This document shows, one piece after another, positions 1 to 9,274 of a stretch of DNA of 64,000 nt (positions are counted from its first letter, which is position 1; each line of letters opens with the position of its first letter). Position numbers and translations under genes: made by a program. The stretch is from Patescibacteria group bacterium (lineage in GTDB: Bacteria; Patescibacteriota; Patescibacteriia; XYB2-FULL-38-15). Under the pieces are notes generated by a model. It did not search any database and was not told the origin of the DNA. It was given only the letters and a program-made list of their open reading frames with translations. Location of the stretch: contig JBGSRW010000003.1 in the NCBI GenBank assembly GCA_041737355.1, positions 5,332 through 69,331 on the forward strand, written 5' to 3'.

Positions 1-753
1 GTTTTTGTAAGCAATTGCGGAATATCCCGAGGCATAACCGTTAATCAAAAAAAATATTGGCTTATCGGAAAATAATTTAAAGCACAAATCCATTAATTCC
101 AAAAAATTATCCTCGATTTTCCAGAGCTCGCCGCCCGGCCCGTGGCCAAAAGCCGGCGGATCCATAATAATACCGTCGTAACGATGGCCGCGTTTAATTT
201 CTCTTTTAACAAACTTTGTGGCATCATCCAATATCCAACGAATCGGTTTTTTATCCAGCCCAGAGAGCGCGGCATTATCGCGAGCCCAGGTTATGGCAAC
301 TTTTGAACCGTCAAGATGACAAACTTCGGCTCCGACCGAAGCCGCCGCGAGCGTCGCTCCGCCGGTATAGCCGAAAAGATTAATTACCGAAATTTTTCTT
401 TTTGCACCGCCAATCAATTCTTTAATCCACTCCCAATTAGAAACCTGCTCCGGAAAAATTCCCAAATGTTTAAAGGCCGTAGGTTTTATCCAAAAATTAA
501 AATCAGCCAAATCTATTTGCCATCTGGCCGGAACTTCTTTTTTTATTTTCCATTCGGCGCTCTCGGCGCTCCGTAAAAATTCTCCGTCGGCCGAAGACCA
601 CTCCTTTTCTGATAATTTTTTCGGCCAAAGAGCTTGCGGATCTGGACGGGAAAAAATAAACCGGCCATAGCGTTCAAGTTTTTCGCCATCGCCGCTGTCT
701 AAAAGTTCGTAATCTTGGGACTCACCCGTTTTTAAGATTAAATAATCATTCAT
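1..753 (-). CDS. Class I SAM-dependent methyltransferase, RlmI/RlmK-like (COG1092 type); 3' end runs off the window
   Basis: Absent from the ORF track because it has no stop in the window. Manual translation from the ATG at 753 gives MNDYLILKTGESQDYELLDSGDGEKLERYG...NLFGYTGGATLAAA...DGIIMDPPAFGHG, with the SAM-binding LFGYTGG and DPPxF motifs. Confidence 0.85.
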   Translation of the reverse strand, partial: MNDYLILKTGESQDYELLDSGDGEKLERYGRFIFSRPDPQALWPKKLSEKEWSSADGEFLRSAESAEWKIKKEVPARWQIDLADFNFWIKPTAFKHLGIFPEQVSNWEWIKELIGGAKRKISVINLFGYTGGATLAAASVGAEVCHLDGSKVAITWARDNAALSGLDKKPIRWILDDATKFVKREIKRGHRYDGIIMDPPAFGHGPGGELWKIEDNFLELMDLCFKLFSDKPIFFLINGYASGYSAIAYKN

Positions 754-763
754 ATTCGGAAAA

Positions 764-834
764 CTCCGGGGCTTGGATTCGAACCAAGATAAGCAGCTTC
801 AAAGGCTGCTGTCCTGCCGTTAGACGACCCCGGA
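764..834 (-). tRNA. tRNA-Gln(TTG)
   Basis: Reverse complement TCCGGGGTCGTCTAACGGCAGGACAGCAGCCTTTGAAGCTGCTTATCTTGGTTCGAATCCAAGCCCCGGAG folds as a cloverleaf; anticodon arm GCAGC-CTTTGAA-GCTGC; CCA not encoded. Confidence 0.95.
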
Positions 835-884
835 ACAATAAAAAAACAGACTTTTACCCTTGTCTGTATTTTAACTTCTTTATC

Positions 885-1799
885 CTAAACTTTCAAGTAC
901 CGGCCAACGGCTAAACTGCTCGTAACCATGTTCAGGAGAACAACTCCGACAAATTGCCAGCCGAAAATTGGAATAAAATTTTGCGTAAAATATTCTACAA
1001 GTTTGAAATTCGAACCGCCAAAAAATCCGGCAAAATAAGGTTCAGCAAAACCCAAAAGAGGATAAGTTACTATTACCGCGAGTAAAACAGAAAATAATCC
1101 GTACAAAATTCCGCTTGCAAGATATGGCGCCCTGACAAACCAATTCGCGGCGCCGACCAATTTCATGATGCCTATTTCTTCACGATGCGTGTAAATACTC
1201 ATCCTTACGGTATTAAAACCAATCAAAACTCCGACTATAGCGAAAAGCCCGGCGATACCGACTCCGGTTTTTTCTGCTTTTTCCGAAATTGAATTTATTT
1301 TATCGACAACCGCGGCGTGATCGTCGAAATTTTTGTCCTGGATAATCGCGGCGTACTGAGGATCGTCAAAAACTTTCAAAATAGCTTGATAATCCTCGGG
1401 GCTGTGCGCCGTCACAACCAGAGTCGCCCCGAGCGGGTTGTCCCCGACCTCTTTTAAAGATTCTAAAATAACGGGATCGTTTTGGTGTTTTTTCTGAAAT
1501 TCGGAAAGGGCGTGCTCCGGAGAAACATATTCAGCGGTTTTTACCTGAGGCAAACTCAAAAGATAAGATTTTACGCTGCCCACTTCACTTTCGGGAACCC
1601 CCTGTTTGAAATATATGCTTACATCAATTTTATTCTGGACTTCCGCGACGGCCGTTTTAGCCAAAACGTTCAAGGTTAGCAGGAAATTTATTGAGACAAG
1701 GGATAAAACCAAAACAACAACCGTGGCCGCTGAAAGCCAAAAATTTCGCCAAAAATCCTGGGAAGAAAATTTAAAAACTCTAAATAGCGCTACAAACAT
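885..1799 (-). CDS. ftsX: Cell division permease-like protein FtsX
   Basis: N-terminal TM, extracellular domain (NPLGATLVV), NTVRMSIYTHREEIGIMKLVGA motif; directly downstream of ftsE. Confidence 0.93.
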   Translation of the reverse strand: MFVALFRVFKFSSQDFWRNFWLSAATVVVLVLSLVSINFLLTLNVLAKTAVAEVQNKIDVSIYFKQGVPESEVGSVKSYLLSLPQVKTAEYVSPEHALSEFQKKHQNDPVILESLKEVGDNPLGATLVVTAHSPEDYQAILKVFDDPQYAAIIQDKNFDDHAAVVDKINSISEKAEKTGVGIAGLFAIVGVLIGFNTVRMSIYTHREEIGIMKLVGAANWFVRAPYLASGILYGLFSVLLAVIVTYPLLGFAEPYFAGFFGGSNFKLVEYFTQNFIPIFGWQFVGVVLLNMVTSSLAVGRYLKV

Positions 1800-1808
1800 G
1801 TTGTAATT

Positions 1809-2489
1809 TTATAAAATATATTTTCCTACCTCCTGATCGCTAATGACGACTCCTCTATCGAGGGTGATGACCCTGCGCTTCAACGAATTTACCAATTCGC
1901 GGTTATGGGAAACCAGAAGAACGGTGGTGCCGAATTCATTAATTTTTAAAAGTAAATCCGCTATTTCCTGGGTATTTATGGCATCCAAATTGCCTGTTGG
2001 CTCATCGGCAACCAAAATCTTCGGTCTGTGAATCAGCGCCCTTGCGATAGCAACCCGCTGTTGTTCGCCCCCCGAAACCTGTTTTGGGTAACGCTCGGCC
2101 TTTTGATCCAGGCCGACTATTCTTAAAACCTGAGGAACGATCGCCTTTATTCTTCTCGGGCTTTCACCGCAGACCTCCAGACAAAAAGCGACATTCTCAA
2201 AAATAGTTTTTTTGGGCAACAGTTTAAAATCTTGAAAAATTACTCCGATTTGTCTCCGCAGAGTGGGGATTTCACTTTGTCTTACTTTTGTAATATCCCA
2301 ATCACCTATGATTATTTTCCCCTCGGTAACCCGCTCCTCGGCCGTTAAAAGCTTAATCAGGGTAGTTTTGCCGGTACCGGATTGTCCGACAATGGAAACA
2401 AATTCTCCGGCTCCTATACGGAGATTGACGTCCTTAAGAGCGACCGTATTTGGATGGTAAATTTTGGTTACGTCCTGAAATTTAATCAT
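1809..2489 (-). CDS. ftsE: Cell division ATP-binding protein FtsE
   Basis: Walker A GQSGTGKT, signature VSGGEQQRVAIARA, DEPTGNLD, LRRQIGVIFQDFKLL. Confidence 0.95.
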   Translation of the reverse strand: MIKFQDVTKIYHPNTVALKDVNLRIGAGEFVSIVGQSGTGKTTLIKLLTAEERVTEGKIIIGDWDITKVRQSEIPTLRRQIGVIFQDFKLLPKKTIFENVAFCLEVCGESPRRIKAIVPQVLRIVGLDQKAERYPKQVSGGEQQRVAIARALIHRPKILVADEPTGNLDAINTQEIADLLLKINEFGTTVLLVSHNRELVNSLKRRVITLDRGVVISDQEVGKYIL

Positions 2490-2583
2490 ATTTTTTCTCT
2501 TTGGCTCTTCTGCTGTTTCTGACCGTTACCTTATTTTATTATATTATTTTTTCCCAAAATTGCCAACCGGCCACGGAATAAAG

Positions 2584-2612
2584 TTGATTTTTTTCTTAAA
2601 ATATCCTAAGCT
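2584..2612 (+). promoter_or_regulatory. Putative sigma70 promoter for the tRNA-Gly/Thr pair
   Basis: TTGATT-N17-TAAGCT about 60 nt upstream of tRNA-Gly. Confidence 0.5.
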
Positions 2613-2674
2613 TAATCAACAATCAATTTTATTTCGGTAGCAGTGCAATGCCAAACCATTAACTAATTATCAAC

Positions 2675-2745
2675 GCGGGATTAGTATAGTGGCAGTATGT
2701 CACCTTCCCAAGGTGAAGGCGCCGGTCCGATTCCGGTATCCCGCT
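2675..2745 (+). tRNA. tRNA-Gly(CCC)
   Basis: GCGGGAT...ATCCCGC acceptor stem; anticodon arm TCACC-TTCCCAA-GGTGA; T-loop variant TCCGATT. Confidence 0.92.
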
Positions 2746-2748
2746 TTT

Positions 2749-2824
2749 GCCGACGTAGCTCAGCCAGCAGAGCAATGCTTTCGTAAAGCAGAGGTCGTGG
2801 GTGCAAATCCCACCGTCGGCTCCA
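2749..2824 (+). tRNA. tRNA-Thr(CGT)
   Basis: GCCGACG...CGTCGGC acceptor stem with encoded CCA; anticodon loop TTCGTAA; T-loop variant TGCAAAT. Confidence 0.9.
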
Positions 2825-2827
2825 AAG

Positions 2828-2855
2828 AACAGTTTTGAAATAAAAACTGTTTTTT
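2828..2855. terminator. Hairpin terminator between the tRNA pair and the convergent PPIase gene
   Basis: AACAGTTTT / AAAACTGTT inverted repeat followed by a T run. Confidence 0.55.
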
Positions 2856-2859
2856 GATT

Positions 2860-3912
2860 CTAAATTTTAATCAGACGCCAAACTTTGGCTTTTCCGAGCT
2901 CCTCATTCAAGATATCGTCCAGACTCTTGGTCTTGATTAAAATATGTCTCGCTCTGACCTGAGTTACCGCGCCGGACTTGTCTTTTATCTGATCTTCAAC
3001 TTTTATAATATGGTAACCGTATTTTGTTTGGACCAAATCGCTTATTTCGCCTTTTGGCAGAGCGAAAGCGGCTTCCTCGAATTCTTGAACCATTGTCCCT
3101 TTGCCAAAGTAACCCAAATCCCCGCCGTCTGCCGCCGTACCGTCTTCACCATATTGTTTGGCCAAGTCTTCAAAGCTTTTCTCTCCCTTTTTGACTTCCG
3201 CGAGAATTCCCTCGGCTTTTTTTCTGAGGTCGCTGTTTATTGATTCATCCTTGCTGATTGCTTCCTGAAGTTTTTGCTGCAGTAAAAATGGTTTTAAAAT
3301 TTTTATTTTGAATTGTTCTATCCCCCACCCATATTGGCTATTCAGGGTTTCCTCGACTTTCTCCCTGGATTCGTCCTGGGCTACGATTTTTTGCACTTCC
3401 GACTCCAAGTCTTCTCCGGAAACGGTGACGTTATATTTTTTTGCTAATTGTTCGGCAATTTCGTTTTTAACAAGCCTGTCCAGAACGCTGTTTTTCAGCT
3501 CCGTACCCGTGGGAGTATTTTCCGTAGTGCCGGTAGATTCTTCCTGTTTGGCAAAAAAATTCTCAAGGGTCAAGATATCGTCCTGATAATCGGAAAATCT
3601 TATCGCGTGCCAGTTAACAAACGCGGCAGGATAAGGGAAAACCGTTGTCAATTTTTGAATTGCCTTGCCGCCCCAACCCATGCGGTAAATTCCCACTCCT
3701 ATAATTGTCATTGAAACTAAAATAATCACAATAAAGCCTACTATCGCGCCGAAAACAAATTTACGCGTATTAAAGGCTTTCTGGTCTGATTCAAAAACCG
3801 GCGGCGGTGTTTTTGGCTGATTGTCAATCTCAAAATAATTTTTAATCTCTCCCGCGCCAAAATTACCGCTGTTTTTATTATTTTCTTGGTTTTCGTTTAA
3901 AATTGCTGACAT
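2860..3912 (-). CDS. PrsA/SurA-type parvulin peptidyl-prolyl isomerase (membrane-anchored foldase)
   Basis: N-terminal TM, SurA-like helical region, and rotamase motifs SFEDLAKQYGED, GGDLGYF, FEEAAF, GYHIIKV, RARHILIK. Confidence 0.9.
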   Translation of the reverse strand: MSAILNENQENNKNSGNFGAGEIKNYFEIDNQPKTPPPVFESDQKAFNTRKFVFGAIVGFIVIILVSMTIIGVGIYRMGWGGKAIQKLTTVFPYPAAFVNWHAIRFSDYQDDILTLENFFAKQEESTGTTENTPTGTELKNSVLDRLVKNEIAEQLAKKYNVTVSGEDLESEVQKIVAQDESREKVEETLNSQYGWGIEQFKIKILKPFLLQQKLQEAISKDESINSDLRKKAEGILAEVKKGEKSFEDLAKQYGEDGTAADGGDLGYFGKGTMVQEFEEAAFALPKGEISDLVQTKYGYHIIKVEDQIKDKSGAVTQVRARHILIKTKSLDDILNEELGKAKVWRLIKI

Positions 3913-3936
3913 ATTGAAAATATGGCATTATCTTAT

Positions 3937-4353
3937 TTAATTTTCTAATTGGCTAAAAAAATAATTCCACCACTTGACCGGATTAATTTCGTTTCTGCTC
4001 TCGAACCCGGTATTCGCGGCAATTTTGATATCTCCGTCTTCTCCGACGGCCTTAGGCACAACCAAAACCGACTCCCCATCTTTTTGCAAATTGAATTTTT
4101 CCCTTGCCTCCTGTTCCAAAAAAGCATCCGTATTCAGATAGCTGAAAAGGTCACTGAGTTCGAAATTTTTATCCTCAAGCCGAGCTATCTCTTCTTCCGT
4201 AGCTTTTATCTCACGCTTTATCTCTTGGCCCTCCAAAATTTTTTTTCCTAAAGCAAAAGACAATAGGGCCAAAACGACTATGCCGGCTAACAAAAAAATT
4301 TTTGAGACAAAAAATCGTCTCATGAACTTCTCCTTTTTCATAGCTTCATCCAT
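3937..4353 (-). CDS. Septum formation initiator (DivIC/FtsB family)
   Basis: Single TM, coiled coil, then YLNTDAFLEQEAREKFNLQKDGE. Confidence 0.8.
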   Translation of the reverse strand: MDEAMKKEKFMRRFFVSKIFLLAGIVVLALLSFALGKKILEGQEIKREIKATEEEIARLEDKNFELSDLFSYLNTDAFLEQEAREKFNLQKDGESVLVVPKAVGEDGDIKIAANTGFESRNEINPVKWWNYFFSQLEN

Positions 4354-4392
4354 TATATCATCCCGGACGGTATCCGTCCAATCTATTTAAAG

Positions 4393-5088
4393 CTATTCTG
4401 CCGGAGGCAACTTCTTTATTTCTTCAAGTTTTTTAAGCTTAATCTGGCGTATTTTACCGCGCACCACGCCTTCCAACTCTTCGAGCTGCCGCTCGTCCAA
4501 ATCATCTACGCTTTCTTTAATGATTTTGAATTCCAGGGCGTTAGGCGCCGGCGTATCAATATAAAAATTATCGCCCCCGTCAGAGGAATCTTTCGGTTTC
4601 AGGTGCGACAGATCAAGAATCGTCTGATGAACCTTCTCCGGATTGCGGATATTTCTTATCTCGAGTCCCATCGAAGAATTGACAATCTGGATGCGGATAT
4701 TGCCGTAACGAAAAATTGTCTGCCAAATACCTTTACGCCGCCATGAAACGTCCTGGACTTTGTCGTATGACGCCTCGGAAACAATCCGTTCAAAAAACCC
4801 GCGCTGGTCGATATCAATAATTCTTTTATTCGTGATGACGAAAGTATTGTAATACCAAACGGCAATCGTCCGAAGGGTATAAATAATTCCAAGCATTATC
4901 AGCGCTAAAAAAATCCCAACTCCCCAATAACCCAGTTTAAAAAGCGGGAAAATAAAAAAGAAAGGCAAGGTTAGAAGTAAAAAAGAGGCTAAAATCTCAA
5001 GCCACATGGTCAGAACATAATGGCGGACCACGCTCACAATCTCCTCGCCTGCCTTAAAATTTATTTTTTTAATAAGTAGCGCGTTCAT
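4393..5088 (-). CDS. Bacterial PH-domain (bPH_2-like) membrane protein
   Basis: Two TMs, then ITNKRIIDIDQRGFF...YDKVQDVS...IFRYGNIRI. Confidence 0.75.
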   Translation of the reverse strand: MNALLIKKINFKAGEEIVSVVRHYVLTMWLEILASFLLLTLPFFFIFPLFKLGYWGVGIFLALIMLGIIYTLRTIAVWYYNTFVITNKRIIDIDQRGFFERIVSEASYDKVQDVSWRRKGIWQTIFRYGNIRIQIVNSSMGLEIRNIRNPEKVHQTILDLSHLKPKDSSDGGDNFYIDTPAPNALEFKIIKESVDDLDERQLEELEGVVRGKIRQIKLKKLEEIKKLPPAE

Positions 5089-5093
5089 AAATC

Positions 5094-6407
5094 TTATTTT
5101 TTATTTCTCAAAATTTCTCTGACTTTTTCCCTGTCGTCCCATGGAATTTTTTTGTTGTCGGCCACGCAAATCGCCTGCTCTGAACCTTTGCCGGTGAGAA
5201 TAACCAAATCACCTTCATGCGCTAGTCCGATCGCTTTGGCAATTGCTTCGCCGCGATCCAGAATTTTAAATAAATTCACACCATCTTGCTTGCCGACCGC
5301 GCCGCCCGCTACCTGGTTTATAATTTCCATCGGGTCTTCGTCGTACGGATCCTCATTGGTAATTATTACGTAATCGGCATTTTCCCCTGCCAGCTTTCCC
5401 AAAATCGGCCGCCTCGCCTTATCGCGTCCCCCGCCAGCCGAACCCAAAACATGGATAATCCTGCTTCCAGAAGCCAAAAATTGCCCGCTGCGGACCGTTT
5501 CGTAGAGTTTGGCCATGGAGGCCGGCTCAGGCGCGTAATCAACTAAAACTTTGAAATTTTGTCCCTCATCAATAAATTCCATCCGGCCGGGGACTCCGCT
5601 GACTTTTTCCAAAGATTTTGAAATAATATCCAAACTCAATCCTTGCGACAAGCCGACCGCCGCCGCAGCTAGAGCATTATAGATATTAAACCGGCCGAGC
5701 AAATTGATTTCAAAACTTACGCCGTTAACCGTAAAACGGGAACCGCCGGATTCTGACTCGACGTTTTCCGCCAGAAGAGCGGCCCGCGTTTTTATTCCGT
5801 AACCAAATTTTTTATCCGTCGGAAAACCGGAAAAATAATTCGCGTGTTCATCGTCTATATTTACTACGCTTACTTTCGGAACCGTTTTCCCGTCAATAAC
5901 TTTTTTAGGTTTGGCCGTCAGATGCTGGAAAAATTTTCCCTTGGCTTTTTTATAATTTTCAAATCCTCCATGTGCTTCTATATGTTCTGGCGTCAGATTG
6001 GTAAAAACCGCTACGTCGTAGTTCACGCCTAAGTGACGGAATTGTTCTACCCCCTGCGAGGAGGTTTCAATGATGGCGTATTTACATCCTACGTTTACCA
6101 TCTGTCGCAATATTTTTTGCAGGGCAAACCGCCCGAGCATAGTCATTTTTTTCTTGTTCAGCCATTCTTTGTCCGCAATTTTAAAACCAACCGTGGAAGT
6201 TGAACCAACTTTAAAGCCCGCACCTTCAAACATTTTGGCGATCAAATGCACGGTCGTTGATTTCCCGTTTGTCCCGGTCACCCCGATTACTACGAGTTTA
6301 TTCGACGGAAAACCATAAAAAACATTAGCCACCATTGCTAAAATTTTATGGTACCAGCGCAGCGCCACCGGCGGAATAATTTTTTTAATTATTTCTTTCG
6401 GATTCAT
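5094..6407 (-). CDS. murE: UDP-MurNAc-tripeptide synthetase MurE
   Basis: GVTGTNGKSTT, ETSSQG, FTNLTPEHIEAH, VPGRME, GGGRDKARRP, GKGSE motifs. Confidence 0.9.
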   Translation of the reverse strand: MNPKEIIKKIIPPVALRWYHKILAMVANVFYGFPSNKLVVIGVTGTNGKSTTVHLIAKMFEGAGFKVGSTSTVGFKIADKEWLNKKKMTMLGRFALQKILRQMVNVGCKYAIIETSSQGVEQFRHLGVNYDVAVFTNLTPEHIEAHGGFENYKKAKGKFFQHLTAKPKKVIDGKTVPKVSVVNIDDEHANYFSGFPTDKKFGYGIKTRAALLAENVESESGGSRFTVNGVSFEINLLGRFNIYNALAAAAVGLSQGLSLDIISKSLEKVSGVPGRMEFIDEGQNFKVLVDYAPEPASMAKLYETVRSGQFLASGSRIIHVLGSAGGGRDKARRPILGKLAGENADYVIITNEDPYDEDPMEIINQVAGGAVGKQDGVNLFKILDRGEAIAKAIGLAHEGDLVILTGKGSEQAICVADNKKIPWDDREKVREILRNKK

Positions 6408-7741
6408 TTTATTTTTTCCACTTCCTTCAAAAATTGATCCCCCCTGTCAAATTCATTCTTAAACATTCCGAAACTCGCGGCGGCGGGAGAAAGAAGGACA
6501 ACATCACCTCTTCGCGCTAATTGCCGCGCCGCTTTTACTGCCTCCTTCATGCTGTCAACGATGTTAATTTGTAACTTGTATCCTGAAGCTTGTAACTCTT
6601 TTTGAAGTTTTGGCGTTGCGGTTCCATTCAATAGCACGAGCGCCTTGGCATGTTTTTTAATCACTGGCGCCATATCTTTGAAATCTAAATTTTTGTCCGC
6701 TCCGCCGCAGATTAAAATAATTTTATTGCCGCCAATGGCCCGCAGGGCGGCAATCGTCGCCTCGGGCATCGTTGCAGTCGTATCATTATAATATTTCACT
6801 CCCCTGATATTTTTAATAAATTCCAGCCGACCGGGCACGCCGCGAAAACTTTCTACCACTTTTTTAATTTTTGAAATGGACAAATCAAGCAGCTTGCCGA
6901 CTGCCACGGCTGCGACAATATTTTCTAAATTATGCTCGCCTAAAATTTTCGGACTCCACATGCCCGAAACGTCATTTACGGAAAACCAAATTACTTTACC
7001 CTTCGCCTTTTTAGAAAAATTTTTACACCAGGAACAATTTTTATTTAATATCAAAAAATCATTTTTCTTCTGATTGGCAAAGATCTCCTCTTTGTCATGG
7101 ACATATTTTGCCATGCTGTTTTTATAATAATTCTGGTGATCCGGATAAATATTGGTCACGACGGAAATATGCGGACTGATTTTCAAGTCGCGCCAACCCT
7201 GCAGCTGCCAGCTTGAAAGCTCAAGAACAACGATGTCGTCTTTTTTTACCTTGTCTAGAAGTGGCAAAGTCGCGGTGCCTTTTATATTGCCGGCTAAAAA
7301 AACCTTTTTTCCGGTCGCCTTGGCAATTTCGGCAATCAGAGTTGAAGTCGTAGTTTTGCCGCGGGTTCCGGTAATGCCGATAATTTTGCACGGCGCTTCA
7401 CGCGCAAATAAAGCGTCGTCCATAAAAACCGGCACACCGTTTTTTTTCGCCTCGGCAATATATATTGAATCAAGTGGAACACCGGCTGCCTTGAAAACCA
7501 TGTCGGCCTTTCTGAAATCATCCAGGCGGTGTTTCCCTAAAATAAATTTTACCGGATATGTTCCTTTTTTATTTTTTAAAAACTTTTTAACCTCGGCGAC
7601 GGAAGATTTTAAAACTAATTTAGATTTCAAATCCGTGACCGTTAGTTTTGCTCCCTTGCTTGCCAAATACTTCACAATACCAATCCCCCGGCCCAGAAGA
7701 CCAAGTCCCATGACGGTTATTTTTTTATCACGAAAATTCAT
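6404..7741 (-). CDS. murD: UDP-MurNAc-L-Ala:D-Glu ligase MurD
   Basis: GLGLLG, GITGTRGKTTT, LELSSWQL, YYNDT, GGADK, VLLSPAAASFGMFKNEFDRG. Confidence 0.95.
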   Translation of the reverse strand: MNFRDKKITVMGLGLLGRGIGIVKYLASKGAKLTVTDLKSKLVLKSSVAEVKKFLKNKKGTYPVKFILGKHRLDDFRKADMVFKAAGVPLDSIYIAEAKKNGVPVFMDDALFAREAPCKIIGITGTRGKTTTSTLIAEIAKATGKKVFLAGNIKGTATLPLLDKVKKDDIVVLELSSWQLQGWRDLKISPHISVVTNIYPDHQNYYKNSMAKYVHDKEEIFANQKKNDFLILNKNCSWCKNFSKKAKGKVIWFSVNDVSGMWSPKILGEHNLENIVAAVAVGKLLDLSISKIKKVVESFRGVPGRLEFIKNIRGVKYYNDTTATMPEATIAALRAIGGNKIILICGGADKNLDFKDMAPVIKKHAKALVLLNGTATPKLQKELQASGYKLQINIVDSMKEAVKAARQLARRGDVVLLSPAAASFGMFKNEFDRGDQFLKEVEKIK

Positions 7742-7744
7742 AAA

Positions 7745-8245
7745 TTATCCCAAAATATAGGCTCCGCCAGCCGTCAGAGTAGCCACGATAATTCCCGCTA
7801 TTATAACGCCTGTTGTGATTAAAATCAAGGCACGGCGCGGCGGAATTCCGAAAAGAAACGCGGCTACGGCTCCAGACCAGGCGCCGGTAAGAGGCAAGGG
7901 AATGGCCACAAAAATAACGAGAGCCAGGTTAATACCATATTTTAGAGCCCCTCCTTCAAATTTACGGCGCACCCGGGAAAACCACCAGTCAAAAAAACGC
8001 TTTGCCGGATGCCAATGTTTGATCAAAAAATCAGCCACCGGTTTCAGAAGATAGACAATAAAAAAAATCGGCAGCATGTTGCCGAGCACCGACCAAAACA
8101 TTGCCGCCCAGAAAGACATTTTATAGACTAAAATCGCTACGGGCAATGCTACGCGCAGCTCGGCAATGGGAATCATGGCAACGAGCGCTGTCGCGGCTTC
8201 CGGCGGTAAATTTTTAAATATTTCCGCGTAATTTATATCCAGCAT
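7745..8245 (-). CDS. Small multi-drug export family membrane protein (COG2426-like)
   Basis: MIPIAELRVALP and FVAIPLPLTGAWSG motifs; hydrophobic throughout. Confidence 0.8.
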   Translation of the reverse strand: MLDINYAEIFKNLPPEAATALVAMIPIAELRVALPVAILVYKMSFWAAMFWSVLGNMLPIFFIVYLLKPVADFLIKHWHPAKRFFDWWFSRVRRKFEGGALKYGINLALVIFVAIPLPLTGAWSGAVAAFLFGIPPRRALILITTGVIIAGIIVATLTAGGAYILG

Positions 8246-8255
8246 ATTGATTTAA

Positions 8256-8669
8256 CTATTTACTAGCTAGAAAACTATTAGCCTTCTCGAGAACTTTTTT
8301 ACCGCTCGGAAAAGTAAGCTGGGCAAGCGCCGCATCATAGAGCAGCCATTTAAAATCCACGTGCTCATCGGAAATTTTTATCTCATCAGTTTTGGTTTCC
8401 GCCAAATAAAAAATCGCTTCTTTGTAAACAATCTTTCCTTCTTTTTTATAAAACCAAAATATTTTCTCGCGAAAACCGGGAAAAAATATCAGATCATCTA
8501 CGCCGGTCTCCTCCCTCGCTTCGCGCACTACTGTTTCTTTTTCCGCTTCGCCAATCTCAATTCCGCCGCGCGGAAAATCCCAGTGCCCCGCCTCATAACG
8601 CAAAAGGAGATATTCAATCTCCTTATTTTTTTTAAAAATTACTGCCCCGGCAGAAACTTCTTTTGGCAT
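8256..8669 (-). CDS. Nudix hydrolase, Ap4A hydrolase (NUDT2)-like
   Basis: Nudix box GGIEIGEAEKETVVREAREETG, preceded by SAGAVIF...YLLL...GHWDFP; followed by ISDEH..FKW. Confidence 0.85.
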   Translation of the reverse strand: MPKEVSAGAVIFKKNKEIEYLLLRYEAGHWDFPRGGIEIGEAEKETVVREAREETGVDDLIFFPGFREKIFWFYKKEGKIVYKEAIFYLAETKTDEIKISDEHVDFKWLLYDAALAQLTFPSGKKVLEKANSFLASK

Positions 8670-8683
8670 GTCAAAAAAATAAA

Positions 8684-9259
8684 TTATTTTTCTCTCATCT
8701 TCACGTCGTAAAGTATTTCCTCTACTCTTCTCAAGTTATGTTTTGCCTGATCGTATTTTGTCCGGAGGTAACTTGTCAAATTGAATTTAAGGAGCTCACC
8801 AATAACCTCTCTTATTCCCGAAGCCAGCTCCTCAACTTTTTTAAACTTTTTATCCGTCGCCGCCAAAACGGCTTTTCGGAGGAGTTCTCCGGTAAAATCG
8901 CACAAACCGGCCAAGTAACTGTCGGCGTCAATTTGGGCTCCTTTTATGAAATCTATTTTTTTACCTTCCAAGAATCCGCCGAAAAATTTTGCCTCAACAT
9001 ATTCCTCAAGAGCCGCCCGATAAGATCCCTCGTAGCGGAGTTCCTCCTCTTTTTTAAATTTTTTTTCCAGCTCGGCGAAGATTGCTTCAACTTCGGAGAG
9101 CAAAGTATTTCCGCCGTTCATGTCGTCGCGGTGGAATGCAAAAATAGCCTGTTTGGCTTTCATCAAGGCGTCATTTGAAAGGCCTATAAGTTTTCGTCTC
9201 TCCTGATCGTAGAAATCGTACTCCTTTTTTAACTGATCAAATAATTTTTGATTAAGCAT
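8684..9259 (-). CDS. Translin/TRAX family protein (C3PO-like ribonuclease)
   Basis: AKQAIFAFHR, ALEEYVEA and SYLAGLCDFTGELLR match the translin/TRAX signature; predicted all-helical. Confidence 0.88.
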   Translation of the reverse strand: MLNQKLFDQLKKEYDFYDQERRKLIGLSNDALMKAKQAIFAFHRDDMNGGNTLLSEVEAIFAELEKKFKKEEELRYEGSYRAALEEYVEAKFFGGFLEGKKIDFIKGAQIDADSYLAGLCDFTGELLRKAVLAATDKKFKKVEELASGIREVIGELLKFNLTSYLRTKYDQAKHNLRRVEEILYDVKMREK

Positions 9260-9274
9260 AATAAATATTATTTT

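Noticed and set aside
93-576. Short ORFs 93-275 (-) and 316-576 (+)
   Set aside because: Both lie inside the methyltransferase gene 1-753, which the ORF track missed.
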